A stretch of DNA of 64,000 nt from Eledone cirrhosa (Eukaryota), in the NCBI GenBank assembly GCA_964016885.1, contig OZ024740.1:258726001-258790000 (forward strand), given 5' to 3'. This document shows, piece after piece, positions 1 to 13,193 of this stretch (position 1 is its first letter; every line of letters starts with the position of its first letter). The notes under the pieces were generated by a model. It was not told where the DNA came from, searched no databases, and saw only the letters and a list, made by a program, of their open reading frames with translations. The position numbers and the translations under genes are program-made.

Positions 1-20
1 CTATACCTCTCTCTCTCACA

Positions 21-22
<2 letters not shown>

Positions 23-108
<86 letters not shown>
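23..108. repeat. (CA)n-(TA)n compound microsatellite
   Basis: Directly visible; representative of dozens of such tracts in the window. Confidence 0.98.
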
Positions 109-109
<1 letters not shown>

Positions 110-110
110 A

Positions 111-745
111 ATTCAGCGAGAATCGTATTTCGGCCGGTAGAAAAAGCGAAACGAAACGCAAAATCGTAGAAATGCTGGCAAGCGCTCCAATAGTTAAGAA
201 AACTAGAGCTAAACAATATGTTAAAACGCCATACAAACTGAAAAAGTGGTCAAGAAGGCATTAACCACCTAAGCCAAAAAAAAACAAATCAAGCTAAACA
301 GGTCAAACAAAATAAATGATAAAAACAGACCTGGACCCAAATGGAATTGATGGTAAAATCCAAATGCAGGGTTTCTATGACACCTAAATCAATAATACTG
401 TCTGCTTAAAACTATAAGCTTTCAGCATAAAGATCGAACAAGGAATATCACGTTATCAACAGGTATTTTTCTCTGTAACCAAATTTGTGAGTGACGCAGA
501 ACTTTGTAAAAGCACATGTTTAACTCACAAGGGGAAATTCCCCAGATTTTGGCAAATGAATTCAGTATGTGTATATCATACAAAAAATTGCATAGATAGC
601 ACAAATCGAATAAGCACCCAACCAGGTAGTTTTTAAAATAAACTTATGCAATTAATCTGTCAATAGAATTATAAACAGGTTAATTGTAAGACTCGGGAGA
701 TTAATACAAATATAGATTCAGCGAGAATCGTATTTCGGCCGGTAG

Positions 746-748
<3 letters not shown>
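111..748 (-). repeat. 33-bp direct repeat pair (111-143, 716-748), probable PLE pseudo-LTR remnant
   Basis: ATTCAGCGAGAATCGTATTTCGGCCGGTAGAAA occurs at both ends of a segment bounded by (TA)n. The minus strand reads GGCC-GAAATAC, like the 3' half of an HHR. Confidence 0.5.
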
Positions 749-781
<33 letters not shown>

Positions 782-789
782 GAATATAA

Positions 790-1405
790 CTTGGATAACT
801 CTGATGGGTTTTGGATGGTGTTGGCTCAGGCCATGTCTGACTTAAAGGCACAAGCTGGTGAAGTCTTTTAGGCCATCCTCACACCTCAGTCCTATTTTAG
901 ACATCATGCCCCTCTCCATTAAAGATTTATTTTTTCTGGAGACATATGCGGCTTTAGTGGCGTTATCCGGATTCTCTTGAAAGAGTTTGTTTAAGGACCT
1001 TTTGAACTTTTATTTTGGTATGATATTTAAAAGAGCTAGATCAGTTGTGGGGAAATACTTGTGTCGTAATGTTCCTATGTGATACGATGTCAATTTTTGT
1101 AATAGGCGGATAACACGATGACCAATCCTTGGGTAGATTTTAAAGATGATGCCAACATCATTTGGGTAATATTGAGGGAATATTTTCCACATCCTATACA
1201 TGATGGAGCACTCACGGCAGCGTTGGAGAGGGCTGAGTTGAGTTTTTCTATTCGATCCAATAGTCTAAACTTGTCACACCAACTATATTTTTTTGTAAGT
1301 GGCTTCTGGGGTGCTTCAATTTTCATAATATTTTTTATCGTGTGAACAGACCACAGTGGACAGCAGTATTCAACGTGGCGCCGAGCAAAGGTAGAATAGA
1401 AAAGG
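790..1405 (-). mobile_element. CR1/L2-group LINE, degraded 3' fragment
   Basis: ORFs 1010-1326 (IEAPQK..., MWKIFPQYYPNDVG) resemble the region C-terminal to the RT. Clearly homologous to 3740-4700. Confidence 0.7.
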
Positions 1406-1419
1406 CAAGTTCTTAAGTC

Positions 1420-2050
1420 AGTATTGTTTGTTTGGGTGGTATTGTTATTCCATTCATTTTTTCTGTTTAGCTTTGGCTTTCTAAGATCTATTTCGCTTGT
1501 CTCTCTGATTTGCCTACCTGCTGGGTCATTTCTATGTTTAGATATTATTTTAATTTCTATGTTGTCTATGTTACCGTCATGTTGTTGTCTGGCGTGTTCG
1601 TATAGTACTGAACGGTTTTTTTTAATTACCCCCAGTGTTGGTCTATTCTTTCTCCTATGCTTCGAGCTGTCTCACCAATGTATGTTGCTGTCATGTTTCT
1701 GCAAGTACCCTCTGTACATCTTATGCTATAGACTACATTTCTAGTTTTACAGTTTATCTGGGGGTTTACTTTACATATAACACATTTCTTATTAGTACAG
1801 TGGGTTTTCTTAAAAGGGTATGTTTTGCTGATCAGGGATTTTATGGTAGTTCCTGGCTTTTATACCACTTTAATCTTTAAGTGGGTCTTTCTCAGGGCCT
1901 TTCTACATTGGTTAGCTAATTTCCACCAGGGGTAGCATCCACGAACATGACACTCTGGTATCTCTGGTTGTCGTACCATGAGGTGGCTTTCTCTATATGT
2001 TGTTTAGTCCTATCTAAGCTATTCCATGATTTGCTCCTTCACTAAGTTTC
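1420..2050 (-). mobile_element. PLE GIY-YIG endonuclease remnant
   Basis: Minus strand translates NVVYSIRC...TYIGETARSIGERIDQH...YEHARQQH...RQIRETSEIDLRKPKLNRKNEW with stops. Same family as 41458-41745. Confidence 0.8.
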
Positions 2051-2112
2051 CTTACTGCAGATTCAAAACTAAAGAATAAGTGAGACAACAGATCATTCTA
2101 ATAGATTGATAT

Positions 2113-3229
2113 GGGGTCATTCCATCTCAAATCACCCAGAGGGTCCCTGGTCACCCCCTCACATCCCCCTGAAAAAAATCATACTAGCTCTTGTACCTAT
2201 ATGATGGAAAAATATCAAGTATTAGGTCAATATCTTTGATAGTTTTGAAATTGTAGGCCTTTAAAATATTAATTAATTATACCTTTTTTTATCGAACGAG
2301 CCTCTTGGACCGACTTGTGACAGCCATTTCTCCTCTAATAAGGTAAGCACAGCTTTGAAATTATGTGTTTGGGGCTAACTTCTTCTGTAGAGTTCAAATC
2401 AAGTGTATTTTGTATATTTTTCCATCTACAGGCCTCTGAAAATTGCCAAGAATTAAACATACAGCAAATGTATCCTTTTAGGTATCTCAATAGGTACACT
2501 AGATAAAGCGACCATAATTGTTTTCCTATTACTTAGCATATAGTAGACCATTTCTGAGCAGTAACCATGTTAGTAACTATTATGGGAGTGTCAGAAAAAG
2601 TTTTTGAAATATGTGCGATATAAAAAATACCCATTTGAAGCCCTTAGTTGACCCTGTGGGCAGTTTATTATCGTTTTCAAATTTTTACCATGCATTATTA
2701 TACTTCTAAAGATGATGTGACAGAAATTTGGTTTTGTTGCTGAGCTTTTAAGAATTTCAGTTGTCAGCGCTTTGTACAGAATCAACTTATTAATAAAACA
2801 TGGATATAAAACAGTATGTTGCATGCCTGTGAACGGTGTCCCGGGAAAGAGGCATTACAAGAGTACCTCAATAGTCAGTTGGATAATCAAGAGTTTCATG
2901 AAGGTAATATGATTAAATATAAACAATGGGAGCACGATGATAGAACAACGTTTGTATCACTTGAAGCTACTGCAGCAGATTTCATTGATATCATGTGTGA
3001 ATCCTTCTGTAAGCTTACACAGCATCACTTTATTGCAAAAGCGCAATCTGTGGCTTTGAATGCATTTTAAGAAAAGCTTCGGTTTAATGTACAGCTGGAC
3101 AAGAGATAACATTGATGGGGTTAAATTTTTCTTTGTTTCAAAAGATCAAGTACAAGAAAATGCTAGGGATGTGAAGGGGTGAACTGGGAATGTTTTTTGA
3201 AACTGGGTGATTTGATATGGAATAACTTT
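2113..3229 (+). mobile_element. Internally deleted TIR DNA transposon with transposase fragment (2816-3070)
   Basis: Imperfect inverted ends: GTCATTCCATCTCAAATCACCCAG...CCCCCTCACATCCC versus GGGATGTGAAGGGG...CTGGGTGATTTGATATGGAATAAC. Internal peptide CERCPG...YKQW...HHFIAKAQS is transposase-like. Superfamily uncertain (possibly Sola2). Confidence 0.65.
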
Positions 3230-3739
3230 TTTTTTTTTTTGTCAGAGGGATTCTGTATGGTATAAGGAAAGAATAAATACCCGTTAAGAGAACTGTGTCC
3301 ATTTTTTATCGAACCAGTGTGGTGCAATTAAAGATATAATAATATTGCACGCATGCGTAGATCTACTTACAAGGTAAATATCTGTATATACGGACAAAGT
3401 GGCAAGTCTAAACTGCCACTAGAAATAAGAGTCAATATGGAACGTCTATCAGCTCACCATTTAAGGAACAGAAAATATATCTAAGTAAATTTGTCACGAA
3501 TATACATAACAATGAAGAGAGATCACTGAAAGAATCTCATTCAGAGAAGCAAATACATATGGAACACCTTAAACAAAATTACTGAGGAGTAGATCCCAAT
3601 AAAGTAGTCTATAAAGAACACTTCACAAACATCTTTCCCTAGGGATATATTCCTAGTCAAGCAACCTAAAGCTAGGAGGCTTCACTATGTGCCTTTACTG
3701 TAGTTTCAAAACTGAGAATATATATATATATTATATGTA

Positions 3740-4700
3740 TGGCCCACTCAAGTAGAGAGTTATTGTTGGCGGAAACATATCAGGGTGTGGAAGGTTTATC
3801 CGGGATTTGGAGGAATTTTTTCGAAGACCTTTTCAATTTTATTGGATCTGTTTCTGTTTTGATGTGTTTTGGTGTAATGTTAAAGAAAACTGAACCAGTT
3901 GAGGTGAAATAGTGCTACCATAATATTGTTATGAGATTCGAGTTTGATTTTGGTTGTGGGTGGATAGCACTGGGCCCAAGCCTTAGGTTTACTTTAAAGA
4001 TGGTGCCAACATCATTTGGACAATGCTGATGGAATATTTTCCACATCATGCAGATAAAGGAGCACTCACAACGGCGTTGGAGTGAGTAAAGTTTGAGCTT
4101 TTCTAGTCGACCTCCAATAGTCATGGCCTGTCATGCCGTCTATCGTTTTTTGTGATTAACTTTTGAGGTGCTTCAACTTTCATTATACTTTGTTTCGTGT
4201 GGGGAGGCCACAGTAGACAACAGTATTCAATGTGGGGTCGGGCAAAAGTAGAGAAGAGAAGGACAAGGGTGTGGACATCTCTCGACTAGAAACTTCTGAG
4301 AATCCAGGAACAAATTCCGCGAGACGTCAAATTTGCTGATGATATGAGTATCCCATCTTATGTTATTATCAGCAATTACTCCTAAATCTCTGATAATGTC
4401 GGATGCCACGAGGGTTTCGCCTGAAGGAAGGGAATATGAGAGTTTCAGTGCAACCGCTTTCCAATGTGGGTTAATTAGAATTTATCCTCGTTCAGCAGCA
4501 TACAGTTATTCTCCGCTCAATGAATAATAGCAAGTAGTTCCATTGATGACATTCTGGAGCTTGGAATTATCTGCAAAAATTCTTATATTGCTGTACTTGT
4601 TGGCGTCAGTAATGTCATTGATAATAAAAAGAAGTTGACCCCATCACAGTGCCTTGTGGAACGCCACTACTGAATTGTCTGGGCTTGTTTGTACTCCTTC
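3740..4700 (-). mobile_element. CR1/L2-group LINE RT fragment, degraded
   Basis: Minus strand gives GVPQGTV and IFADN (decayed FADD), then DLGVIAD and RLEKLKLYSLQRR. Confidence 0.8.
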
Positions 4701-4829
4701 GACTATGTTGGGCTCAAGAAACATTTGATCAAGTGTAATAAATTTCCAGAGACACCAATGTTTGATAGATTTTTCAGTAGAAGGTTGTGATAACTCTGTC
4801 AAATGGTCAAGATAATAGCGTCCACGCCG

Positions 4830-7231
4830 TGGGCCTGGGAATATTGAAAAGATCGATAAGATCGACAAGATCAACTATATCGACAAGATACTGCTAATCT
4901 TATCACCACCACAAGCAACAGTTATAAGCCACGAAACAGTCAAAAGCGACTCTGAATGCTACAAACCACAAAGCTATGGAACACCACGAGAAAACATCAT
5001 GCCTGGAGATAGACACAGAGGTCGATGTCACAAAGAAGGGATTTCTTCAAGACCGGCATTGATAGTCGTATCTGTGAATATTGAAGGGCTCTCCTCTGCA
5101 AAACAAAACATCTTAGCAAGCAACACTGTGACGTTCCCCGTTTGCAACATACGCACACAGAGAGTGAAAACAACCGTCCAACCATAACTGAAATGGTCCT
5201 GGCCATTGAACGACCCCATCGGCAGTACGACAATACTGTTTGTAAAAGCAGGCTTTGCAAGACCTGGAATGCTCTTATTGAGTCTACGGACATGTAAAAA
5301 AAAACAGTAAGAAATCATGGACACTGATTCCCAAGCTACGTGATGATCCTAAAGCAACATCTCAGCACCCGAAAGTTACTGCCAACCAAGTTGCCAACCA
5401 ATTGCTAGAGAATGGAAAGAGTGGAAAGAGAGGGAACAAGAGCAAATTAAACCGCAAGAAATACACTGCAGAGCCTGCCTTTACAAGACCGTTTATCATA
5501 GAAGAGCTGGAAGCAGGAATCTCTACCCTCAAACCAGAGAAGGCAATTGGACTGGATAACATTGCAACCGAACAGTTTAAGCACTACGGTCACAAGGCAA
5601 AGATGTGGCTTCTACAGCTCTACATGAGTGCTTAACAACATACAATTTTGTCAACATCTGGAAAAAAGCTCACTGAAATCAGACCGATCTCACTTTTGAA
5701 TTCACATCTACAATGCCTGATCCTCAACAGAACTGGCTCCTTTGTGGATGAAAACCTCATCCCTGAACAAGCAGGCTTCCCTCCTGGCACATCGACAACT
5801 AAGCAAATACTCAACCTCACCCAGTACATCGAGGATGGCTATGAGAAAGAAATGGCAACCGGAGTGGTGTTTGTTGACCTCTCAGCTGCCTATGACAGTC
5901 AACCACAGACGTCTCGTTAGAAAGATCCTGGAGACCACAAAAGACACCTGTCTGACGGAGTTGATTGAAAGCACGCTCGAAAACAGGCGCTTCTTTGTTG
6001 AACTAGGAGGGAAGAAAAGCAGATGGGCTCCCACGGGGAAGTTTGCTTGCGCCACTTCTCTTCAACATCTGCTCCAACGACCAACCAAAAGGTGCCGACA
6101 CCCGGCGCTTGGCATAGGTGCACAAGACACCGATTTCAAAGTTGTGGAAGATATACTCTCCAATGCTCTTGACGAACTAACAGCTTATTATGAAGATAAC
6201 CACCTGCGTGCAAATCCATCCAGGATGCAGGTGTGTGACTTCCACCTGCGAAACCTTGAAGCCAAGCGCTGACTGAAGGTCAACTGATCAGAAACCTCCC
6301 TTGAACGCTGTGAGCTCGCCGTTTATCTAGGTGTAACCCTGGACAGATGTCCCTCTTTAAGATCCACAATGAGTGCAAAGTGAAAGCAAGGAACATCATC
6401 TGCAAGCTCACTGGCACAATCTGGGGTGCAAATCCATAAACACTTAAGTCAACAGCATAAGCTTTCTGCTACTGAGCTGCCGAGTATGCATGCCCAGTAT
6501 GGGAGTGAGCTGTCCGTGTCCAGAAGCTACATCCCACCCTCAATGCTAGCTGCCGCCTCCTCACCGGCTGCCTGAAAACTACAACTACAGACTGTTTATA
6601 TATCGTGGCAGGCATAGCCACGTCAGAGATACGACGAAGTGCAGCTAGCAATAAAGAGCGTCAACAACAGACTACAGGCTACAGAAAAATTTCCTAAAGA
6701 GCGTCACGCCCCTAGGAACTTCAAGCATAAGTAGTGAGTCACTCGCTTCGAAGAAGTATTTAACAACCTCCCATCAGTAATAAGAATAGAGCTAAAGGCG
6801 AGCGAGGCACTACCCCCTGAAGTAGATACAAATAATTGTTTCTACTTTTGGCACAAGGCCAGCAATACCAGTACATTACTGGTACTTTATTTTATCGACC
6901 CCGTCAGGATGAAAGGCAAAGTTAACCAAAGATACTGCCACATATAATGCAGTGTGGAAATGCCTAAACAGAATAAGATCTGGTATTGGACGTGCAAAAG
7001 TTACTCTTGCAATGGGGGGATATTTAAAGGATGGGGATGTTGTGTGTGACTGCAGCATCGAACCAGAGACTACGCAGCACCTCCCGATATTCCTCCTGCT
7101 GGAACACTCCTGCACATCATTAGACTTGACAGAGTTTAATGAGAGAGGACAGCAATGTGTTCAGCTGTGTCGGAACCACATCTATCCAAGCTTTGTAGCT
7201 GGCACTCTTGTGGGCACGACAAGAAGAAGAA
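4830..7231 (+). mobile_element. I-group (Vingi/Ingi-like) LINE, degraded and internally deleted
   Basis: APE start SVNIEGLSSAK; RT motifs RPISLL, EQAGF, VFVDLSAAYD; C-terminal WKCLNRIRSG...CDC..E.ETTQHL zinc knuckle; ends in an (AAG)n tail. 5' boundary approximate. Confidence 0.8.
6833..6928 (-). mobile_element. SINE family A fragment inserted in the LINE
   Basis: GGCACAAGGCCAGCAAT...ATCGACCCCGTCAGGATGAAAGGCAAAG shared with 9880-10070, 28440-28805 and 31183-31365. Confidence 0.85.
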
Positions 7232-7258
7232 CTCTGTCAAAGGTCTCTCTGAAATCAC

Positions 7259-7300
<42 letters not shown>

Positions 7301-8039
7301 TGTCTCACATTCTCTCTCGCTATTTCTCCTTTTCTCACTCTCTCTCTCGCTCTCTCTCTCTCTCTTTCTCTGTACCCGTCTCTTTTCCCTACTCTCACTG
7401 GCAAAACCAATAATAATAATATTTATCTCCAGAACACCATTACTACTATCAATATCACCGCCACTACCAGCTCGGTGCCCCTCCCTCACAGACACACCCC
7501 CAACCATTACCACCACCGCTTCCATTACAGCCACAGTTACCCTGCCTAACCCCATTTCAATTTTAGCTTTATTTTTTATGTCATCATGACAGAAAGGAAC
7601 CAGCTTTTGTTTTTACTGCAAAACGACCACTGGACTCTCTAGAGAGAGGTGGGGACGGCAGACGTCATCACTACTGAGCAATCCTTGTTTATTCAATGTT
7701 GTTATGGGCCAGGAGCCGGTCCTTTCAGCACGAGAGCCTAGCTTGGCGCCACATCAAACATTGAAACCCTTTCCTACACCTCCACAACCACCCTCCCCCA
7801 CTCCTACAACCGACAACGCGTCATGTACTACAGAAGGTAAGGTGTATTATGTTCAAGTCAAACTGACATTAGCAAAGACATACGTATTTGGGTGGTGTTG
7901 TATGATGTTGGTGGGGCGTTGGCAGTGGTGGTGTCTATAGTGGTGCTGGTGTTGGTGGTGGTGGTGATGTGGCGGCGACGTCGATGGTGTTAGGAGTGCT
8001 GGTGGTGGTGGTGGTGGTGGTGGTTATCCTCACCGAATA

Positions 8040-9020
8040 ACGAGTTAAACCTTACATTAGGTTTGGGTCTCACAAACATGGGTTCGACTGCACAATCGCC
8101 GGTGGCGGAGGAATTGGGTGTAGGGGATGGAGTAATTGGTGTGGGGTGGTGGGGGGTGCGAGGTTGTGAAATCGAGGTAGGAGTGAGATTCTGTAGGTTT
8201 GAAAAGACGGAGGTGATGAGGGAACGATGGGGTGGTCGATAAAAAGAGAGATGTCGAGGAAGTGGACGTAAGTGGTGGAGATGTAGGTGGTGAATTCAAG
8301 GGCGGCGTTGAAAGAGCATAAAAAGGAGAGGAGGGAGTTGAGCTTTTCTCGGGTGAGTGAGGTGGCGCCGATACAGTCGTCGATATACCGACCGTATAGC
8401 TCCGGATTGGAACACGTGTATTGGGCAAGGATTTGGACCGCAACGTACCCAACGATTTAGTTCGTGTAGTTCCGTTTGATTCCAGGTTGGTAAATCCAAA
8501 GTCGGGAATGGCCGAAGTCGGGAATGAATGACCGGAGTATAATGTAATAACATAGAAATTATGGTTAGTTGCAGTGAGTGTGTGGGTACGTGTGGAGGGT
8601 AGGAGTGAGGAGACGACTAGTTGATGGATGGCAGAGGAATCTTGTTGCTGGTATTCTAGGGTGGGAGGTCAAAGTTTAGGGGCGATAGAACAAGTGATTG
8701 CGGAGCTGACGTAACGCCTCCGTTTTGTAGAGGTCAGCGTGCCACACGACCACGGCCCCACCCTTGTCCGCTGGTTTAATGATGACGATGTCATCACGAG
8801 TTAGGAGGGAGCGGAGGACGGCAAGTTCCGTGCAGTTGATATTCCTTCCCCTGGTGGCGTCTGCGGAGGTCGAACTGGTTCACTAAGCCGTGTCAGGCGT
8901 CTACGAATGTCGCCAGGATGCAAAACTGTCCTGTGGCTGGCGTCCATTGTGATGGTCCACGCCAAGCGGTTTTGGCTTGGGTGTTCAGCAAGCCTTTCCA
9001 AAGGTGTAGTAATACTTGCA
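8040..9020 (-). mobile_element. PLE reverse transcriptase remnant
   Basis: Minus strand: ELAVLRSLLTRDDIVIIKPADKG, MGT, FKPTESHSYLDFTTSHP, SIPYTQFLRHRRLCS; frameshifted. Confidence 0.85.
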
Positions 9021-9088
9021 GGGTGTGTAAAAATAGAGCACTACTTTTGTTTGTGCTTATATATATATACATGTGTGCGTGTGTGTGT

Positions 9089-9170
<82 letters not shown>

Positions 9171-9529
9171 TGTGTGTGTTTGAGAGATAGATAGAGATAG
9201 ATAGAGACAGAGAGACAGAGAACAAGACAGACAAACATATAGACAGAGAGTGAAAGATATATATATTCATATCGGAATGTATACAGTACAGACTTAATTG
9301 AGACGGCGTTATTGTGTATAGAAATAAACACATTGAGAATATAGACATGTAAATATGTCGAATGTACGTTATTCCCTGTCAATTGAAAATATATAATGAA
9401 TATCCTTTATCGATTGTTTTACCATTGTTGTGGTCTCATCAAGAAATATCTACTTCATTATAAAATTACAAGAAAATATGTAACTGAAGGCCTTATATAC
9501 CATATCGAGTATATTAATGGATAAAGACC

Positions 9530-9850
9530 CCTTTCAGTCACGAATGACCATAGAGTTCCTACCTTGAAAGTTACCCTCCGAGGCACATATCCGGGGAAGT
9601 TTGTTTGTGGAAGACCAGTTGTCACCTATACATACAACCTTCCCTTGTCCACACCACCGATGTTGTCCAAGAGAATGCAGTGGCCGATACAGCTTGGTAC
9701 TAGTGAAGTCGTAACTGATTTCTATAGCTGAGTGAACTATAGCAACATGATATAAAGTGTCTTGCTCAAGGACACAACGCATCAACCGGTCCGAACATCG
9801 AACTCACAACCTCCCGATTGCACGACCAAGGCTTTTACCCTTAAGCATTA
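9530..9850 (-). mobile_element. SINE family B (tRNA-derived head)
   Basis: GTGTCTTGCTCAAGGACACAACGC core and B-box-like GTTCGA on the minus strand. Related copies at 25570, 29520, 42172 and 54620. Confidence 0.7.
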
Positions 9851-9879
9851 CTAATTTACATATTATTGGTGGTAATATT

Positions 9880-10070
9880 AATTGTTTCTACTTTAGGCAC
9901 AAGGCCAGCAATTAACCAGTACATTACTGGTACTTTATTTATCGACCCCGTAAGGATGAAAGGCAAAGTCACCCTCGGCGGGATTTGAACTCAGATCATA
10001 AAGGGACGTAACTCTATGCTGGAAAGCATGGCGTCCGACCCTCTACCGATACTGCCAATCCACCGCCCTT
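9880..10070 (-). mobile_element. SINE family A, near full length
   Basis: Minus strand has an A-box-like TGGCAGTATCGG, a B-box GAGTTCAAATCC and the shared body. Confidence 0.85.
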
Positions 10071-10161
10071 GGTGGTAATATTAATAATTCGTGTTAACAT
10101 ATATATAAAATTGTGCACTAAACCACCGAAGTATACGATGACATAAGAAACATAAAATAGC

Positions 10162-10231
10162 TTCTTCTTCTTCTTCTTCTTCTTCTTCTTCTTCTTCTTC
10201 TTCTTCTTCTTCTTCTTCTTCTTCTTCTTCT
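10162..10231. repeat. (TTC)n microsatellite
   Basis: Directly visible; explains the poly-Glu ORF. Confidence 0.98.
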
Positions 10232-10254
10232 AGTATTACTATCTCGGGGTTGAG

Positions 10255-10640
10255 GGTGTGGATTGGCAATATTGTTAGAGTGACTGACAATATGTTTTGC
10301 GGCATATAGTTACTGCCCTTTACGTTTTGAGTTCAAATCCCACCGAGGTTTTGCTTTTCCTTTCACCTTTACGAGCTCGATAAAACAAATGCAGCAGTAA
10401 CGCACTGGGGTCGATTTAGTCGACTTATCCCATTCCTCTCAAATTGATGGCCTTCTGCCAAATGTATTTACAAATATACAGGGTGGTGGATTGCCAATAT
10501 CTGTAGAAAATCTGACATGTTTTGTGTCATATAGTTAGGTTCTGAATTCAAATCCTGCCGAGGTTGGTTTTTCCTTTCATCCTTACGTCAATAAAAAAAA
10601 GCACCAGTAATGCACTGGAGTTATTTAATCGACTTTCCGG
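10255..10640 (+). mobile_element. Two diverged tandem SINE family A copies
   Basis: GGATTGGCAATAT...GAGTTCAAATCCCACCGAGG and GGATTGCCAATAT...GAATTCAAATCCTGCCGAGG. Confidence 0.7.
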
Positions 10641-10649
10641 CATTATTGC

Positions 10650-10812
10650 CCGACCACATCTCTACTCACTGCTATTGGAGTGGAGTTGGCTACGTGCAAG
10701 TGCGAGCGCCGTGAGGTGGAGTGGCTGTTCCTGCGCTCCTCCTTCACCATCCTCCGGGTCAGTGTGTTCTCCATCCTGTCGGCCGTGACCATGAGGCAAA
10801 CTGACCCTTAAG
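10650..10812 (+). mobile_element. Probable CRE-clade non-LTR retrotransposon C-terminal fragment
   Basis: GC-rich island. An unlisted frame reads TAIGVELATCKCERREVEWLFLRSSFTILRVSVFSILSA, resembling the CRE C-terminus (E..WL.QRLS.AI.RGN..SIL). Confidence 0.5.
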
Positions 10813-11296
10813 TTTGATTTATAATGGTATATGTGGATTACATATACTTACATTTTATTATATTGTGTGAACGTTTAGTAGTTCATTATATTAGCATACA
10901 ATAATTATTAACCTGCTTGACACCTTGTCACGTTAAACGATCTTATGTTATTTTCTGCTTAACGGTTAAACCTTCTAAAATGGCGGTTTTTGTCGACCTA
11001 ATACATTTTAGCGTAATGGTTAAATGCACATGTTCGACATGATTCCAGCAGGCATCTCTGTCCAAACAATTCCCTCTCTGGGGGAACTTCACCAGACTTA
11101 CTCAACTATTACTTCAAGGTTGTCATCTATTGTTAGAAGTTCTCTGAATTGTGGCGACTTCCACCAAAAACTAACTTTATCATATATATAAATAGTTTCA
11201 AAAACTTAACATGTATGCGTGACGTTCAGTTTCCAGATCCAGTTGTGGGCACCAATGTATAGTGGAGGAGCCTCTTGAAACCTGGCCTCCCTATGG

Positions 11297-11349
<53 letters not shown>

Positions 11350-11805
11350 TAAAAGGAAAAGAAAATGCTGACAAATTTTTCCCACTGAAAAATAGTTTAA
11401 TTAGGAATAAGTAAAAATTAGTAATAAGTATTGGTTAGTATTCCGTTTTAGTTTTAAATTTTTCCCAGTTGCACATTTCTAATGCTTTTCAAAAATAATT
11501 TTGAGATAGAGCGCCCGTGATGTTTGCTCTAATCTGATCAGTTTTGGAAATTCTACCTGTTTTATGTGAAAAAAGTGGCTCCAGAGGTATTAAGATTTGG
11601 TTGGTCGTTGAATGTCACGTGAATGAGTACTATAAATTTCGCGCCAATTCATGTTGCAAAAATTCTTGTAGTCAAAACAATTTTGATTGGTCGGTATAGG
11701 TCACGTGAATGTTAAAAGTTGATTTTGCGCCAAATGTAGGTTTGTCGAAGAGTGTCCTTTTTCGCCTGATTAAGAAGTCACTGAAAAATAAGTCTTTTAA
11801 GACAA

Positions 11806-11869
<64 letters not shown>

Positions 11870-12127
11870 TAAAGAGGTTCATTGTGATAATGGTCAGTAG
11901 GGATGTGTGTGTGAATTGCAGTCATGTTGAAAGATCAAAGTTCAGCTGTCTATTAAGACAAATATGTGTGTGTGTGTCTGTGTGTGTGTGTGTCTGTTTG
12001 TATGTTAGTGTACGCGTGTGTATGGGTGTGTGTATGTGTGTGTGTGTGTGTGTATATGTGTATGTGTGTATGTGTGTGTGTGTGGATGGACCAGTATTTT
12101 TGTGATGCTGGTAAAAATGGTGTACAT

Positions 12128-13193
12128 CAAAGGTTCTCTACGGGGGACATATGTACCCCCGGCGGGCGTTTCGAAACTCCAGGGGGGCGTTTGGGGGCAA
12201 GGTCGCGCTAGAGGGGCGTTTGGAGCTGGGAGGGGGGGGGTTATTTGGGCGCTGGAAAGCTCTTTATTTTGGTAAGTTTTATAAGCCATATTTGTATGTA
12301 TTTGAGACACCCAGTGTGAATGCATTTGAATGAGCTTGCAGACAGCATAACTATAGTCTGACCGCAGCTGTGAGTAGGTGTGCAGGCATGTCCAGTAATT
12401 GAGACGTTAATCGGTAATTGAGATCCTAAAAATGGAAAAACCCACAGTCAACTGGGTTAAATACACTTTGAGCGCAGCCAGTTAGAATCTTATCTTTTCT
12501 TCACCGATAACAATGTATTTTTTGTCTGAAATTATTAACTCAACCGCAACGAGTTAACACTATGTAGATCTATTTTATTCCCTATTGTATAAATAATATT
12601 ACAAATAAAAAAAAGAAAAGAAAAACAGAAGCGAGTAGCACACACATCTAGGACCACATAAACACATAAACAGATAATACACACATCTAGGACCACATAC
12701 AACACATAATCAAATAATACACACATCTAGGACCACATACAACACATAATCAGTTAATACACACATCTAGGACCACATACAACACGTAATCAGATAATAC
12801 ACACATCTAGGACCACATGCAACACATAATCAGGTAATACACACATCTAGGAGCACATACAACACATAATCAGATAATACACACATCTAGGACCACATAC
12901 AACACATAAGCAGGTAATACACACATCTAGTAACACATACAACACATAATCAGATAATACACACATCTAGGGCCACATACAACACATGGTCAGATAATAC
13001 ACGCATCTAAGACCACATACAACACATAATCAGATAATACACACATCTTTGGAATATTGTTAATCAATATTTTAGTAATCTACTGATATAAAAATCAGTA
13101 GTATATTGAAAAATGGAAAAATAGGGTGGCGGGGGGGGGGGTGATTTCGGTGGACAAAAGGGGCGTTTGGCCTAAATGGGTTGAGAACCTGTG
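12128..13193. mobile_element. Non-autonomous hAT-type MITE
   Basis: TIRs CAAAGGTTCTCTAC / GTTGAGAACCTGTG and 8-bp TSD GTGTACAT (12120-12127, 13194-13201). The empty site is visible in the other arm near 16814-16821. Confidence 0.92.
12641..13048. repeat. 40-bp minisatellite, about 10 copies
   Basis: Unit CAGATAATACACACATCTAGGACCACATACAACACATAAT. Confidence 0.95.

Noticed and set aside
4800-5000. HDV-like ribozyme or 2A peptide at the 5' end of the Vingi/Ingi-like LINE
   Set aside because: No DxExNPGP motif on the coding strand and no convincing nested pseudoknot by eye.
10081-10305. Poly-Glu protein
   Set aside because: (TTC)n microsatellite between SINEs.
12641-13048. CRISPR-like regular array
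   Set aside because: Contiguous 40-bp units with no unique spacers and no cas genes; eukaryotic minisatellite.
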